NCBI GenBank assembly: GCA_963744305.1
Contig: CAVUTF010000016.1
Location: 4,459-68,458, forward strand
Source of the DNA: an uncultured Gammaproteobacteria bacterium
Lineage (GTDB): Bacteria; Pseudomonadota; Gammaproteobacteria; Steroidobacterales; Rariloculaceae
Length of the DNA: 64,000 nt
Direction of reading: 5' to 3'
Of the stretch, positions 28,053 to 37,983 are shown one piece after another. The notes beneath the pieces are model-generated. The model was not told the origin of the DNA, did not search any database, and saw only the letters and a program-made list of their open reading frames with translations. Each line of letters begins with the position of its first letter. Within the stretch, counting starts at the first letter, position 1. Made by a program: the position numbers and the translations under genes.

Positions 28053-28832
28053 TCAGCGACTGCCGAGGGACACTTGGCGTTTCCAGAGCTCCCATGCGCG
28101 CCCGCCGCCGTCGCCGCCACCACCAGCGGCACCGCGCGTGTCGAGCTCGAGGTAGATGATGTCGTCGCCGCGCGCGAGCAGGTCGCTCTGGATTTGCGCG
28201 TTCTTCTCGAGCCATACGCTCTGCTGCACGACTGCTGGCAGCGATCCGCCCACGAGCGCGACACCGTGGTTGCGCAACAGCACGACGGGCCGGTCGTCGA
28301 GGGTTACCGCGAGCGCGCGTCCCCTTTGCGGCGTATCGACGAGAGCGCCGTCGGCCGTGCCGAAATCGCGGTAATCCCAAATCGGCACGCCGCCGAGAAG
28401 GAACGCGGAGTCATGTGTCACCGCCTGCAAAGGTGTTGAGCCGGCACCGAACGAGATCACGGCCGGCGAATGGTTGTGGACGATCGCCTGCACGTCGGGG
28501 CGCGCCTTGTAGATCTCGCCGTGGATGAAGCGCTCGAGGTAGAAGGTGTACCCCTTCGAATCGACCGCGACGCTGTCGAGATCGAACTCGACGATGTCTT
28601 CGGCCGTAACGAGCTCCGGAGCGAGCGAGCGTGACAGCAAATAGTGGTTCGGGTTCTCGGGATGCCTCGCGCTCACATGGCCATAGCCTGGCAGGATGCC
28701 CTGCGCGGCGAGGATGCGATTGGCGGCGACGAGGTCCTCGATCACCGCGGTCACTCTCGCCGAGGGTTGCTGCGCCTGAGCGGCCAACGAAACGAGCGCC
28801 AAGGATACCAGTGCGGCCGTAATCGCTCTCAT
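28053..28832 (-). CDS. class II aldolase/adducin-family protein with a signal peptide
   Basis: ATG 28832 (GGAGG SD) gives MRAITAALVSLALVSLAAQAQ. Blocks GHVSARHP, IHGEIYKARPDVQAIVHNHSP, LLRNHGVALVG. Confidence 0.8.
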   Translation of the reverse strand: MRAITAALVSLALVSLAAQAQQPSARVTAVIEDLVAANRILAAQGILPGYGHVSARHPENPNHYLLSRSLAPELVTAEDIVEFDLDSVAVDSKGYTFYLERFIHGEIYKARPDVQAIVHNHSPAVISFGAGSTPLQAVTHDSAFLLGGVPIWDYRDFGTADGALVDTPQRGRALAVTLDDRPVVLLRNHGVALVGGSLPAVVQQSVWLEKNAQIQSDLLARGDDIIYLELDTRGAAGGGGDGGGRAWELWKRQVSLGSR

Positions 28833-28906
28833 CGCTCCTCCATTCGATCGGTTAAACGCGTCAAAGGGTACCACTGGCACGGCGGCGGTCTCGGGCTCAC
28901 TATGCC

Positions 28907-29908
28907 GTGGCGATGAAACGCAAAGAGGGGAAATCAGCGCTGAGCACGAGCAGAATCGGACGACGCACGTTCGTTCAGGCCGCGTGCATCGCGGCTCTCG
29001 CGGGCACGCGCGTGCTGCAGAGCGGTCGCGCCGAGGCGCAGGTCGCGGTACCGAATTCCTCGGGCACCGCTTCGCCCGCGCTCAAAGCTCCGGCCAACGC
29101 GGCCGACTGTCACATGCACATCTACGATCCGGCGCGCTTTGCCATGCCGCCGAGCGCGACCGCCGCGCCGGCGAACGCCACGGCCGCCGAATACCAGCTG
29201 CTGCAAAGACGCATCGGCACTTCGCGCGTTGTCATCGTCCAGCCGCGCAACTACGCGACCGAGAACGACGTGACGGTCGACGCGATCAAGCGGCTCGGTC
29301 CCGGCGCGCGCGGCGTCGCGGTTCTGCACCCGACCGTCACGGACGCCGAGCTGCAACGGCTCGACGCCGCGGGCATACGCGGCATTCGTTTCAGCCTCGG
29401 CAATGCGGCTGGCGACGTCGTCACGCCCGACATGATCGAGCCTTTGGCACGGCGCGTCGCGCCGCTCGGTTGGCACGTTCAGCTCAACGTTGCCGGTGCG
29501 CAGATCGTCGCACTGGCGGACGTGCTCGAACGATTGCCGACGACGATGGTGTTCGATCACATGGGCCGTCCAGGGCCGGAAGGGATCGAGCACCCTTCGC
29601 ACGCGATCGTCCGCGGCCTCATCGACGCGGGCCGCGCCTGGGTCAAACTGTCGGGCGCCTATGGCAACAGCCGGACCGGCCCGCCTTATCCGGAGGCGAC
29701 CGTGATTGCACGGGCTTTCGTCAGCGCCGCGCCCGAGCGCCTGGTCTGGGGCAGCGATTGGCCGCACCCGACCGCACCGAACGACGCGAAGCCCGACGAC
29801 GCGCTGCTATTCGATCTGCTTTCAGTGTGGGCGCTCGACGAAGCCGTGCGGCATCGTATCCTCGTCGAAAATCCACAAAGCCTGTACGGCTTCGTCGAGA
29901 CCGGTTGA
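28907..29908 (+). CDS. amidohydrolase_2 family (LigI-like lactonase/decarboxylase fold), Tat-exported
   Basis: Tat motif SRIGRRTFVQAACIAALAG. Blocks DCHMHIYD, VFDHMGRP, WGSDWPHP. Confidence 0.8.
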   Translation: MAMKRKEGKSALSTSRIGRRTFVQAACIAALAGTRVLQSGRAEAQVAVPNSSGTASPALKAPANAADCHMHIYDPARFAMPPSATAAPANATAAEYQLLQRRIGTSRVVIVQPRNYATENDVTVDAIKRLGPGARGVAVLHPTVTDAELQRLDAAGIRGIRFSLGNAAGDVVTPDMIEPLARRVAPLGWHVQLNVAGAQIVALADVLERLPTTMVFDHMGRPGPEGIEHPSHAIVRGLIDAGRAWVKLSGAYGNSRTGPPYPEATVIARAFVSAAPERLVWGSDWPHPTAPNDAKPDDALLFDLLSVWALDEAVRHRILVENPQSLYGFVETG

Positions 29909-29954
29909 TGTGCAGTACGTTGCCGCGCACCGGCGGGAGGACTCCGTGCTTCGA

Positions 29955-31375
29955 ATGAAAGTGATCGTGACCGGGCTGATCGCCGTCATGCTGCCTACAG
30001 GCGCAAGCCCAGAACGACGGCCAAGGCCTGACGGTATTCGAAGGTGCACGGCTCATCACCGGCGACGATGCGCCGCCGATCGACGACGCCGTCTTCGTCG
30101 TCGACGGCTCCTTGTTTGCGGCCGTTGGGCGGCGCGGCGACGTGCCGATTCCAGCAGGCGCGGCGCGTGTCGACCTCACCGGCAAGACCGTCATGCCCGG
30201 CAAGGTCGATCTCCACGGTCACATCGGATTCCAGCGCGCCGCCGACGGCACGATGGCCAAGGAGTACTACACGCGCGCGAACCTCATCGATCATCTCGAG
30301 CGACTGGCTTATTACGGCGTCAGTGCCGTGGTCAGTGTGGGTGACCTCGTGGATCGCAGCGATCTTACGGGCGGCCGCACCGGCTGGGGCGACGTGCCGC
30401 TGCGCGTCCGGGAGGAGGTGATTCCCGGCGCTGCACTGTTTCGCACGGCAGGCCCCGGCATCGCCTGGCCGGGCGCAGGTCCGCAAGGTCACCCGTCGAG
30501 GACCGACGTTCCTTACCCCGTCACGACCGCCGCGCAAGCGCGCGCCGCCGTCGCGGACTACGCGCGCATGCGGCCCACGTTCGTCAAGATCTGGATCGAC
30601 GACCGTGAGGGCACGATGAGCACTTTGCCGCCGCCCGTGTATCGCGCCGTGATCGAAGCGGCTCACGAGGCGAACCTGCCCGTGGCCGTGCACAACGTCA
30701 CGCTCGCGAACGCCAAGGAGCTCGTACGGGCCGGTGTCGTCGGTTGGCTGCACCTTCCCGTGCGTGGCGGCGAAGTGCCCGACGAGGAGCTGCTCACGAT
30801 GATCCGGGACAGCGCGACGCGCGGAGCGGCGCGCATGTGGTTCCATCCGAACGTTGGCACGGCGGCGACTAGCCCCGAAGATTGGAACGATCCGCTGCTC
30901 AAGGACACGGTGTCCGAGGAGCTCATCGAGAAGTATTGGGGCGAGACACTCCGGGCCCGAACACCGGAAGCCATCGCGCGCGCCAAGGAGAATCTGCGCC
31001 GCCTCGGCGAGACGACGGCGTTGCCGCTGAGACGCGCCGGGATGAAGATCGTGTTCGGGAGCGACACCGGCCAGAGTCGGTTCTTCATCGGCTGGATGGG
31101 GCAGCTCGAATTCGAAAATTGGGTGACCATGGGACTCACGCCGGCCGAGGCCATCGTCGCGGCGACGCGTGATTCGGCCGCAGCCGCTGGGCCTCAATAC
31201 CGGGCTCGTCGCGCCGGGGCGCAGTGCCGATTTCGTCGTGCTCGATGCGAATCCCCTAGCGGACATCGTCAACTCGCGACGGATCGCGGCCGTCTATCTG
31301 CGCGGCGGCAAAGTCGATCGCGATGCACTCAGAGCGAAATGGCAAGCGGAGTCGTCTCGGGAGGCAGGTCGCTAG
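29955..31375 (+). CDS. metal-dependent amidohydrolase (PF01979-like), exported; two apparent frameshifts (about 30000 and about 31185)
   Basis: ATG 29955 gives MKVIVTGLIAVMLP.., then AQAQNDGQGLTVFEGARLITGDD.. in the frame of track ORF 30112..33702. Blocks VDLHGHIG, VAVHNV, FGSDTG. The C-terminus LGLNTGLVAPGRSADFVVLDANPLADI lies in track ORF 31169..31375. Confidence 0.75.
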
Positions 31376-31377
31376 GT

Positions 31378-32389
31378 ATGAAGAAAGACAAGAGAGGGGC
31401 TTCTATGAAGAAACAGATGCGTGCAGGACTGTTCGTGGCGGCCTCCCTGGCGGCCACGGCGCTGTACGCTCAGGGCGGCGACTCGCGCACCGTGACCGCC
31501 GAGCAGTACGCGCGCTGGAAGACGGAGCTGTCCAACTGGGGGCGCTGGGGCGCGACCGACGAGATCGGCGCATTGAACCTCATCACGCCCGAGAAGCGGC
31601 GGCAGGCTGCCGGGCTCGTCCGCGACGGCGTGTCCGTGTCGCTGGCCTCGGACGCCGATACCGTACAGGCCGTCGACAATCCGCAACCTTACGAGGTCAC
31701 GATGCAGAGCATCGCCTCTGACCGGATCGCCGTGAGTTATCACGGCATCACCCACACGCACCTCGACTCGCTCGCGCACATCAACGAGCAGGGCGTGTTC
31801 TACAACGGCTACAAGCCGGAGGAGGCCGCGGTCCTCGCGAGTGGGCATGCGAAGAACTCGATCCACAACGTCAAGAACGGCGTGTTCACCCGCGGCATCT
31901 TGATCGACATCCCGAGGCTCAAACGCGTGCCCTACCTCGAGCCCGGGACGCCGATCTACGTCGAGGACCTCGAGGCATGGGAGAAGGAGGCGGGGATCAG
32001 AGTATCGGCGGGCGACGCGTTATTCGTGCGCACGGGCGTCTGGGCACGGCGCAAAGCCGTTGGACCGTGGCTGCGGGGTCGCGCGGAAGGCGGACGCTCG
32101 GCGGGGCTCCACCCGTCCGTTATCCCCTGGCTCAAAGCGCGCGATGTTGCGCTGCTCGGTAGCGACCATCCGCAGTATGTCTCGCCGGGAGAGACCGGGG
32201 CCCCGCGCGGGCGCGGTACACGACTTCGCGCTCGTGTACCTCGGCGTGCACTTGTTCGACAACTGCGACCTCGAAGCGCTGGCCGAGGCGGCTGCCGCAC
32301 GCAACCGGTGGGAGTTTCTCCTGACCGCGGCACCGCTGCCCATTCGCGGCGGTACGGGATCGCCGCTCAATCCAATCGCGACCTTCTAG
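31378..32389 (+). CDS. cyclase-family protein (kynurenine formamidase-like), exported; apparent frameshift in G4C4 at about 32197-32204
   Basis: ATG 31378 (or 31405). Signal peptide ..GLFVAASLAATALYAQG, then HGITHTHLDSLAHI. The C-terminus AVHDFALVYLGVHLFDNCDLEAL...RGGTGSPLNPIATF lies in track ORF 32060..32389. Confidence 0.8.
32345..32389 (+). repeat. 45-bp direct repeat, copy 1 (last 14 codons plus stop of the cyclase gene)
   Basis: cgcggcggtacgggatcgccgctcaatccaatcgcgaccttctag; 44/45 identical to 33710..33754. Confidence 0.9.
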
Positions 32390-32451
32390 GAAATCTGCAT
32401 CGAGTACGATGTCGTCGCAAATGCGAAGTTGAAGAAGGCACCGGACTACTT

Positions 32452-33702
32452 ATGACTGAGCACATCGTGAAGCTGGGTGGCGCGGCGCGCGCGTGTGTTT
32501 GCGCTGCCGTCGTGTTGGTCGCGTTCGCCCTTTCGTATGGCGCCGCCGACGCGGCTCCGCGAGTGCCGCCAGCGCCGCAAGCGGAGCGCAGCGCCGAGCA
32601 ACAAGCCATCGCTGCGGAGTTCGACGCGCTCGGCGCGCCGAACGCAGTGGCCACGTATCTCCGGCATCCGAAGCTCGCGACGAGCATCCTTCCGTACTTC
32701 CGCTACGTGGCGACTGCCACGGCGCTGCCGCCGCATGACCGCGAGCTCATCGCTCTGCGCACGGCTTGGCTCACGCGTTCGAGCTACCTGTGGGCGCATC
32801 GCGCGGCTGCGGCGAAGACAGTGGGGCTCACGGACGACGATCTCAGGCGGATCGCCGTCGGGCCCGCGGCCGCGGGCTGGGACGCGTTCGACGCCACCTT
32901 GCTGCGCGCCGCCGACGAGCTGCACGTCGATTCGTTCCTGAGCGACGCCACTTGGCGTGCCCTGACCGATCGGTACGACGTAAACCAGATGATCGATCTC
33001 GTGTACGGCATCGGCGACCTTACGATGCACGCCGGCGCGCTCAACACGCTCGGCGTCGAAGTCGAAGCCGGCCTTCCGCATCGTCTGCCCGAGGGCATTC
33101 CGTACACGACTGCCGCGCAGCGAACGAACCAGCGGCTCATCGGCAAGGCGGCGCGAATCCCGCCGCTGCAACCGCACGAGTGGTCACCCGAGCTGCGTCA
33201 ACGGCTCGATCCGACGGGCTCGGGGCGGCCCGCCGCGAACGTTTTCGCGACGTTCGTCCGCAACCCGCCCGTCGATGCGATCCGCAGCGCGGTCCCCGGG
33301 CACATTCGCGCGAACACGTTGTCGGATCGGCACCGCGAGCTGCTGCTCACGCGGATCGGCGTGTTGTGCCGATCGGAGTACGAGTACGCGGCACATTTGC
33401 GTGCCGGGCGTCGCGTGGGAATCACGGATGCGGACGTCGAGCGCATCACGAAGGGCCCCGAGGAGACGGAAGGCGACCCGCTCGACACGGCGCTGCTGCG
33501 CGCGACGGACGAGCTTTACCGGGACGATCGCATATCGGACGAGACGTGGGCGGCGCTCTCCGCCAAGCTCGATACGCCGCAGCTGCTCGACGTGCTGATT
33601 GCGGTCGGCGGCTATCGGGCCGCGTCGATGGCGATCAACAGCGCAGGTGTTCAGCTCGACGACAGTATGGCGGAGTTCCGCTTCCCGCCCGAGTTGCGCT
33701 AG
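32452..33702 (+). CDS. carboxymuconolactone decarboxylase (AhpD-like) family protein, two CMD domains, exported
   Basis: ATG 32452, in the same frame as the upstream genes. Signal/anchor ..ACVCAAVVLVAFALSYGAADA. Duplicated blocks RELIALRTAWLTRSSYLWAHR and RELLLTRIGVLCRSEYEYAAH. Confidence 0.75.
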   Translation: MTEHIVKLGGAARACVCAAVVLVAFALSYGAADAAPRVPPAPQAERSAEQQAIAAEFDALGAPNAVATYLRHPKLATSILPYFRYVATATALPPHDRELIALRTAWLTRSSYLWAHRAAAAKTVGLTDDDLRRIAVGPAAAGWDAFDATLLRAADELHVDSFLSDATWRALTDRYDVNQMIDLVYGIGDLTMHAGALNTLGVEVEAGLPHRLPEGIPYTTAAQRTNQRLIGKAARIPPLQPHEWSPELRQRLDPTGSGRPAANVFATFVRNPPVDAIRSAVPGHIRANTLSDRHRELLLTRIGVLCRSEYEYAAHLRAGRRVGITDADVERITKGPEETEGDPLDTALLRATDELYRDDRISDETWAALSAKLDTPQLLDVLIAVGGYRAASMAINSAGVQLDDSMAEFRFPPELR

Positions 33703-33709
33703 CTCGGCG

Positions 33710-33754
33710 CGCGGCGGTACGGGATCGCCGCTCAATCCAATCGCGACTTTCTAG
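33710..33754 (+). repeat. 45-bp direct repeat, copy 2 (orphan copy of the cyclase 3' end, 7 nt after the CMD stop)
   Basis: cgcggcggtacgggatcgccgctcaatccaatcgcgactttctag. The single difference (acc to act) is synonymous in the cyclase reading frame. Confidence 0.9.
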
Positions 33755-33951
33755 CAGGTTGCCGATCGGCCGCCGGGGCGCTCGCGCCTTGCGCATCGAG
33801 CGATGCGCACTCGGTATTCACGTATATCCACCTGTGCCCGGCAACGCTGTAATGAGGCTCGAGTGCGGCGCCGCCTCGGCAGCACCTGCCTTGCGAGGCC
33901 ACGGACGAGAGCGGAAGCGGTCGTCGTTGCGATCCGTTAAGAGGTGTAATC

Positions 33952-36900
33952 ATGGGAACGCGACTTGGCCGGGCATTCTTTGGCGTCGCATCGATCATGC
34001 TGACGCTGGTCTGCGGAGATACTTTCGCCCAGATCGACGACGCGCCGCACGCGGACGAGATCCTCCTCGGCGAGGATCCCGGTAGATCGCAGCTCGCTCC
34101 TCCAGACACTCTCGCATCGTCAACCACATCCGCGCCGTCCAAAGCTCAATCACGCGCACTCGTGCCGTCGCAGGCCGCGGCTCCTACCGCGGCGTACCAC
34201 CTGAAGGTGGTTTACATGGTTCCCAGGGACCGCGCACCTCAAGCGGGCGCCGAGCAAACGCTCCAACGATTCGTTGTCATGATGCACGAGTGGTTCGCCG
34301 ATCACATGGAACTCCTCGGATACGGCCGTAAGACATTTGCCTATGAGACCGAGGCGGATGGAACTACGCCGAAGATCAACTTGATGAACACCGAACGCCT
34401 ACACAGCGACTTTCACGGCAACTATGGCTACCGGTGGAGCAGCGTTCTGACGAGCGTGCAAGCTGCGGGCTTTCCGATCTGGCAGCCGGGCGTCGTCACG
34501 CTCGTGTTTGCGGAGATCCATGAGCAGACTCCGGGTGGCCTTCTGGTCGAGGACAGCATTTTTGTCGGCGGCGCATCAAACAGCTTGAGCGGTGTGGCGC
34601 TGATGACGGGTGACGCGCTTGCGAGAATGTCCGAAGGTTTGCTGACTGACGATCGACTTTATGGAGGTCTCGTCATACCTGGGATCGGTCCTTATCCGTT
34701 CGTGCAGGACGTGAGTTTCGCGGGGTTCGAAGGCAGGACCATGAGCTCCGTCAGCTCGAGCATCCAGGGCGCGGTCATGCACGAGCTCGGGCATGCGTTC
34801 GGCTTGTGGCATGACTTCAGGAATGACGCGAATTTCAACGGCAATCTCATGGGGAACGGCTTGCGCGGACTGCGAGGCTGGCTCTATCCGGACCGCTATC
34901 CAACGGATGACGTGCGCCTGTCCGCGGGCTCGGCAATGCTGCTGAACTACAGTCGTTTCTTCAACGCGGAGCGGACGTTCACCAGTGACGCTGCGCCCAT
35001 GACCTCGATACTGGAGTCGGGAACCGTCTATCCCCAAGACGGTTTGTGCGGCATCGCTTACACGGCGCAGGATTCAGCGATCGGCGGAGTGCAATTGGCT
35101 CGGGCGGGGCACGTTGTTGCCCACTCGGCCTTGGAGGTGTCGCAAGCGCTCGCCCGGATCCCCACTTGGGACTATGAGCCCGGCGTTCCGAACGACTGGG
35201 AGGTGTACGCGTTAAATAGCGAGGGCATCAGGGCCGTGTCGGCTGCCCGCACGATCGTTTGCGCTTCGGGCTACAACCGCGCGCCGCGGCCTCACATCAC
35301 GGTCAGCAAGACCACACTGAAGGTCAACGAGGAAGTGCAGCTCGATGCGACGCAGTCGACAAACTGGAACGGCGGCAGCGACGCGCTCGTCGCCGCGTGG
35401 GATGTGGATGGCGACGGCAAGTTCGACACGGAGCCGGCGACGTCCAAACGTCATACCACGGTGTACTCGAAGCCCGGCATCTATCAAGTCATCGCTCGGG
35501 TAGCTGAAGCAGGCGGCGCTGCGGCCATCTCCATGCCGATCGGCATTCGCGTCGAGCGCGACGAGACGCCGATGCCGGACACGACCGCTCCTTTGATAGT
35601 TCCGATGGTCACCGGTCGACTGGGAAACAGCGGCTGGTATACGAGTGACGCCACCGTCTCGTGGTCAGTCACGGACGACGAGTCCACCATCACTTCAAGT
35701 GTAGGGTGCGAAGCCGCGAGTGTAGCGTCGGACACGACCGGTTCGATGTTTATCTGTACTGCAACGAGCGCGGGGGGGACTGCCAGCGCGACGGCGGCCG
35801 TCAAGCGCGATGCGACGCCGCCGAATGCAATCGCGACCGTCACACCACCGCCGAACACCGGCGGCTGGCATAAGGAGGATGTGATAGTCCATTTTCGCGG
35901 CACGGATGCCGTGCCCGGTTCCGGAGTCGGGGCGTGCCGGCCCGACGTGATTCTCACAGGCGAAGGCGTCGGCCTGTCGGCGTCGGGAACTTGCTCGGAT
36001 GTCGCGGGCAATACGAGCGCGCCCGTCGCTGTGACTGCGAACATCGACCGCACGCTCCCGAGCATTGCGATCGTGACGCCGCGCGACGGTAGTTATGCTC
36101 AAGGGGCAGCCGTCAACGCGAGCTACTCCTGTGCGGACGCGTTGTCCGACATCGCTCAGTGCGAAGGGCCGGTTCCGAGCGGCGCCCCGCTGGACACTAG
36201 TACGGTCGGCGAGCGGACGTTCTCGGTAACGGCGACGGATCGCGCGGGAAATCGCGTCACGGCGACCTCGACGTATTCGGTCACAGCGCCAGTGCGCCGC
36301 GACACGACGCCTCCAGTGATCGGCGCCGTCGTCTCGGGAACGACCGGCAGCAACGGCTGGTACACGAGCGACGTGCAATTGAGTTGGAGCGTGGTGGACG
36401 AGGAGTCGCCGATGGGCGCAAGCAGCGGCTGTGACGCGGCAACAGTGAGCGCAGATACCGCGGGCACGACTTTCACCTGCGATGCGACGAGTGCGGGAGG
36501 TGCAAGCTCACGCAGTGTGACGGTTACACGCGACACTACTCCGCCGACGATAGCCGTCAGTACACCGGCGAGCGGGGCGACGTACACGCAGGGCGCGTCG
36601 GTCGTCGCAAACTATTCGTGCTTCGACGCCGTGGCGGGCATCGCGACCTGCAGCGGCACGGTTGCGAACAGCGCGCAGATCGACAGCAACAGCGTTGGAT
36701 CATTCACTTTCTCGGTCACCGCCACCGATGTCGCAGGCAACACGACGACGACGGACATCACTTACCAAGTCGTGGCAACTCCTGGCGGATCGGCCGGCAC
36801 AGGCGGAGATCAACCCGGAGGCGGAGGCGGGGGCGGGGGCGGAGGCGGAGGTGGTGCAGCCGACCCGTGGTGGCTGTTCGGTCTCGCGCTGGTCGCCTTT

Positions 36901-37206
36901 GCGGCCGAGTTTATGCGTCAGCGCCGTCGAGGACTCGATGCACTCCGTGCGGTCCCCACTTCACGTACGACCAATTTCCGCCCCTCCCGCGAGCGCCAGG
37001 CGCCGGCTTTCTTTCCTATCAGACATTCAGACTCGCCTCCGTACAGACTCGACCGCCGACTGCCCCGCCGCCACGAGATAGGCGAGCCGTTTCATTTCCT
37101 TTCGCCCGCGAGTCACCGTATCCAGAACCAGTCCACACGCGACACTGAGAAGGGCGGAAATCACCATGCCCGTCGCAAGAATCGCCGTCGGCAAGCGCGG
37201 TACTAG
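33952..37206 (+). CDS. large exported metzincin-like metalloprotease with PKD/Ig-like repeats and a C-terminal sorting-signal-like segment
   Basis: Signal peptide; HELGHAFGLWHD (HExxHxxGxxH); PKD-like VAAWDVDGDGKFD..YSKPGIYQV; two tandem super-repeats of about 240 aa (GWYTSD..SWSV.DEES..GC..). A 13xGly run plus ADPWWLFGLALVAFAAEFMRQRRRG lies at 36817..36933. The ORF then continues about 90 codons antisense into the GT2 gene, so the true stop is doubtful. Confidence 0.75.
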   Translation: MGTRLGRAFFGVASIMLTLVCGDTFAQIDDAPHADEILLGEDPGRSQLAPPDTLASSTTSAPSKAQSRALVPSQAAAPTAAYHLKVVYMVPRDRAPQAGAEQTLQRFVVMMHEWFADHMELLGYGRKTFAYETEADGTTPKINLMNTERLHSDFHGNYGYRWSSVLTSVQAAGFPIWQPGVVTLVFAEIHEQTPGGLLVEDSIFVGGASNSLSGVALMTGDALARMSEGLLTDDRLYGGLVIPGIGPYPFVQDVSFAGFEGRTMSSVSSSIQGAVMHELGHAFGLWHDFRNDANFNGNLMGNGLRGLRGWLYPDRYPTDDVRLSAGSAMLLNYSRFFNAERTFTSDAAPMTSILESGTVYPQDGLCGIAYTAQDSAIGGVQLARAGHVVAHSALEVSQALARIPTWDYEPGVPNDWEVYALNSEGIRAVSAARTIVCASGYNRAPRPHITVSKTTLKVNEEVQLDATQSTNWNGGSDALVAAWDVDGDGKFDTEPATSKRHTTVYSKPGIYQVIARVAEAGGAAAISMPIGIRVERDETPMPDTTAPLIVPMVTGRLGNSGWYTSDATVSWSVTDDESTITSSVGCEAASVASDTTGSMFICTATSAGGTASATAAVKRDATPPNAIATVTPPPNTGGWHKEDVIVHFRGTDAVPGSGVGACRPDVILTGEGVGLSASGTCSDVAGNTSAPVAVTANIDRTLPSIAIVTPRDGSYAQGAAVNASYSCADALSDIAQCEGPVPSGAPLDTSTVGERTFSVTATDRAGNRVTATSTYSVTAPVRRDTTPPVIGAVVSGTTGSNGWYTSDVQLSWSVVDEESPMGASSGCDAATVSADTAGTTFTCDATSAGGASSRSVTVTRDTTPPTIAVSTPASGATYTQGASVVANYSCFDAVAGIATCSGTVANSAQIDSNSVGSFTFSVTATDVAGNTTTTDITYQVVATPGGSAGTGGDQPGGGGGGGGGGGGGAADPWWLFGLALVAFAAEFMRQRRRGLDALRAVPTSRTTNFRPSRERQAPAFFPIRHSDSPPYRLDRRLPRRHEIGEPFHFLSPASHRIQNQSTRDTEKGGNHHARRKNRRRQARY

Positions 37207-37983
37207 ACCTGTCTCTAAGTAAGTCACGAAGATCGGAGTGGCTAGTACTACCGCTACCAACGCAAGAGCCAAACCTACGCAACCGAAGAACTGAAACGGC
37301 TTCTCGTTGCGCAAGAGCAATACGATCAGGTGCAGGATCTTCAAACCGTCGGAGTAGGTTTTCAGCTTGCTCTCAGAGCCTTCCGGCCGAGCGCCGTAAG
37401 GCGTGGACACTTCCGCGACTGGCATCTTGAGCTCAAGCGCATGGATGGTCAGCTCTGTCTCGATCTCGAAACCGCTCGAGAGGACGGGAAACGACTTCAC
37501 GAAGCGGCGCGAAAACACGCGAAACCCTGAAAGCATATCCGTGAAGCGATTGCCGAAGACGTATGACACGACACCGGTCAATGCCGCATTGCCGAAGCGG
37601 TGGCCGGGACGATACGACTCCGCTCGAGTATCGACTCGACATCCGACGACCATGTCGAGATCTTCCTCGACGAGCTTGCGCACCATCCCCGGCGCGCTGG
37701 CCACATCATACGTCGCGTCGCCATCCACCATGATGTAGACCGAAGCCTCGACATCGGCGAGCATTCGGCGCACGACGTTACCCTTGCCTTGCAGCCGCTC
37801 GGAGCGAACAATCGCCCCTTCCCTACGCGCGACTTCAACCGTGGAATCCGTCGAATTGTTGTCGTACACGTAGATTCGTGCGGTCGGAAGTGCCACGCGA
37901 AAACCGCGAATGACATGCCCTATCGTGACTTCTTCGTTGTGACAGGGAATCAAGACGGCGATGGGGAAGGTTGCATTGTCCAT
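37027..37983 (-). CDS. family 2 glycosyltransferase (polyprenyl-phosphate sugar synthase / GtrB-DPM1-like)
   Basis: ATG 37983 gives MDNATFPIAVLIPCHNEE, then VYDNNSTD, MVDGDATYD (DxD), and two C-terminal TM helices. About 55% GC. Confidence 0.8.
   Translation of the reverse strand: MDNATFPIAVLIPCHNEEVTIGHVIRGFRVALPTARIYVYDNNSTDSTVEVARREGAIVRSERLQGKGNVVRRMLADVEASVYIMVDGDATYDVASAPGMVRKLVEEDLDMVVGCRVDTRAESYRPGHRFGNAALTGVVSYVFGNRFTDMLSGFRVFSRRFVKSFPVLSSGFEIETELTIHALELKMPVAEVSTPYGARPEGSESKLKTYSDGLKILHLIVLLLRNEKPFQFFGCVGLALALVAVVLATPIFVTYLETGLVPRLPTAILATGMVISALLSVACGLVLDTVTRGRKEMKRLAYLVAAGQSAVESVRRRV

Noticed and set aside
30112-33702. Giant 1196-aa multi-domain ORF in the track
   Set aside because: It concatenates three ordinary genes (amidohydrolase, cyclase, CMD protein) that happen to share a frame. 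Each has its own start, SD and signal peptide. The connecting stretches are out-of-frame read-through created by indels at about 31185 and about 32200.
36817-36855. GGN-rich tandem repeat (also 3868..3894) as a possible simple-sequence or CRISPR-like repeat
   Set aside because: Both are in-frame poly-glycine runs inside coding sequence, with no spacer/repeat periodicity. No CRISPR array exists in the window.
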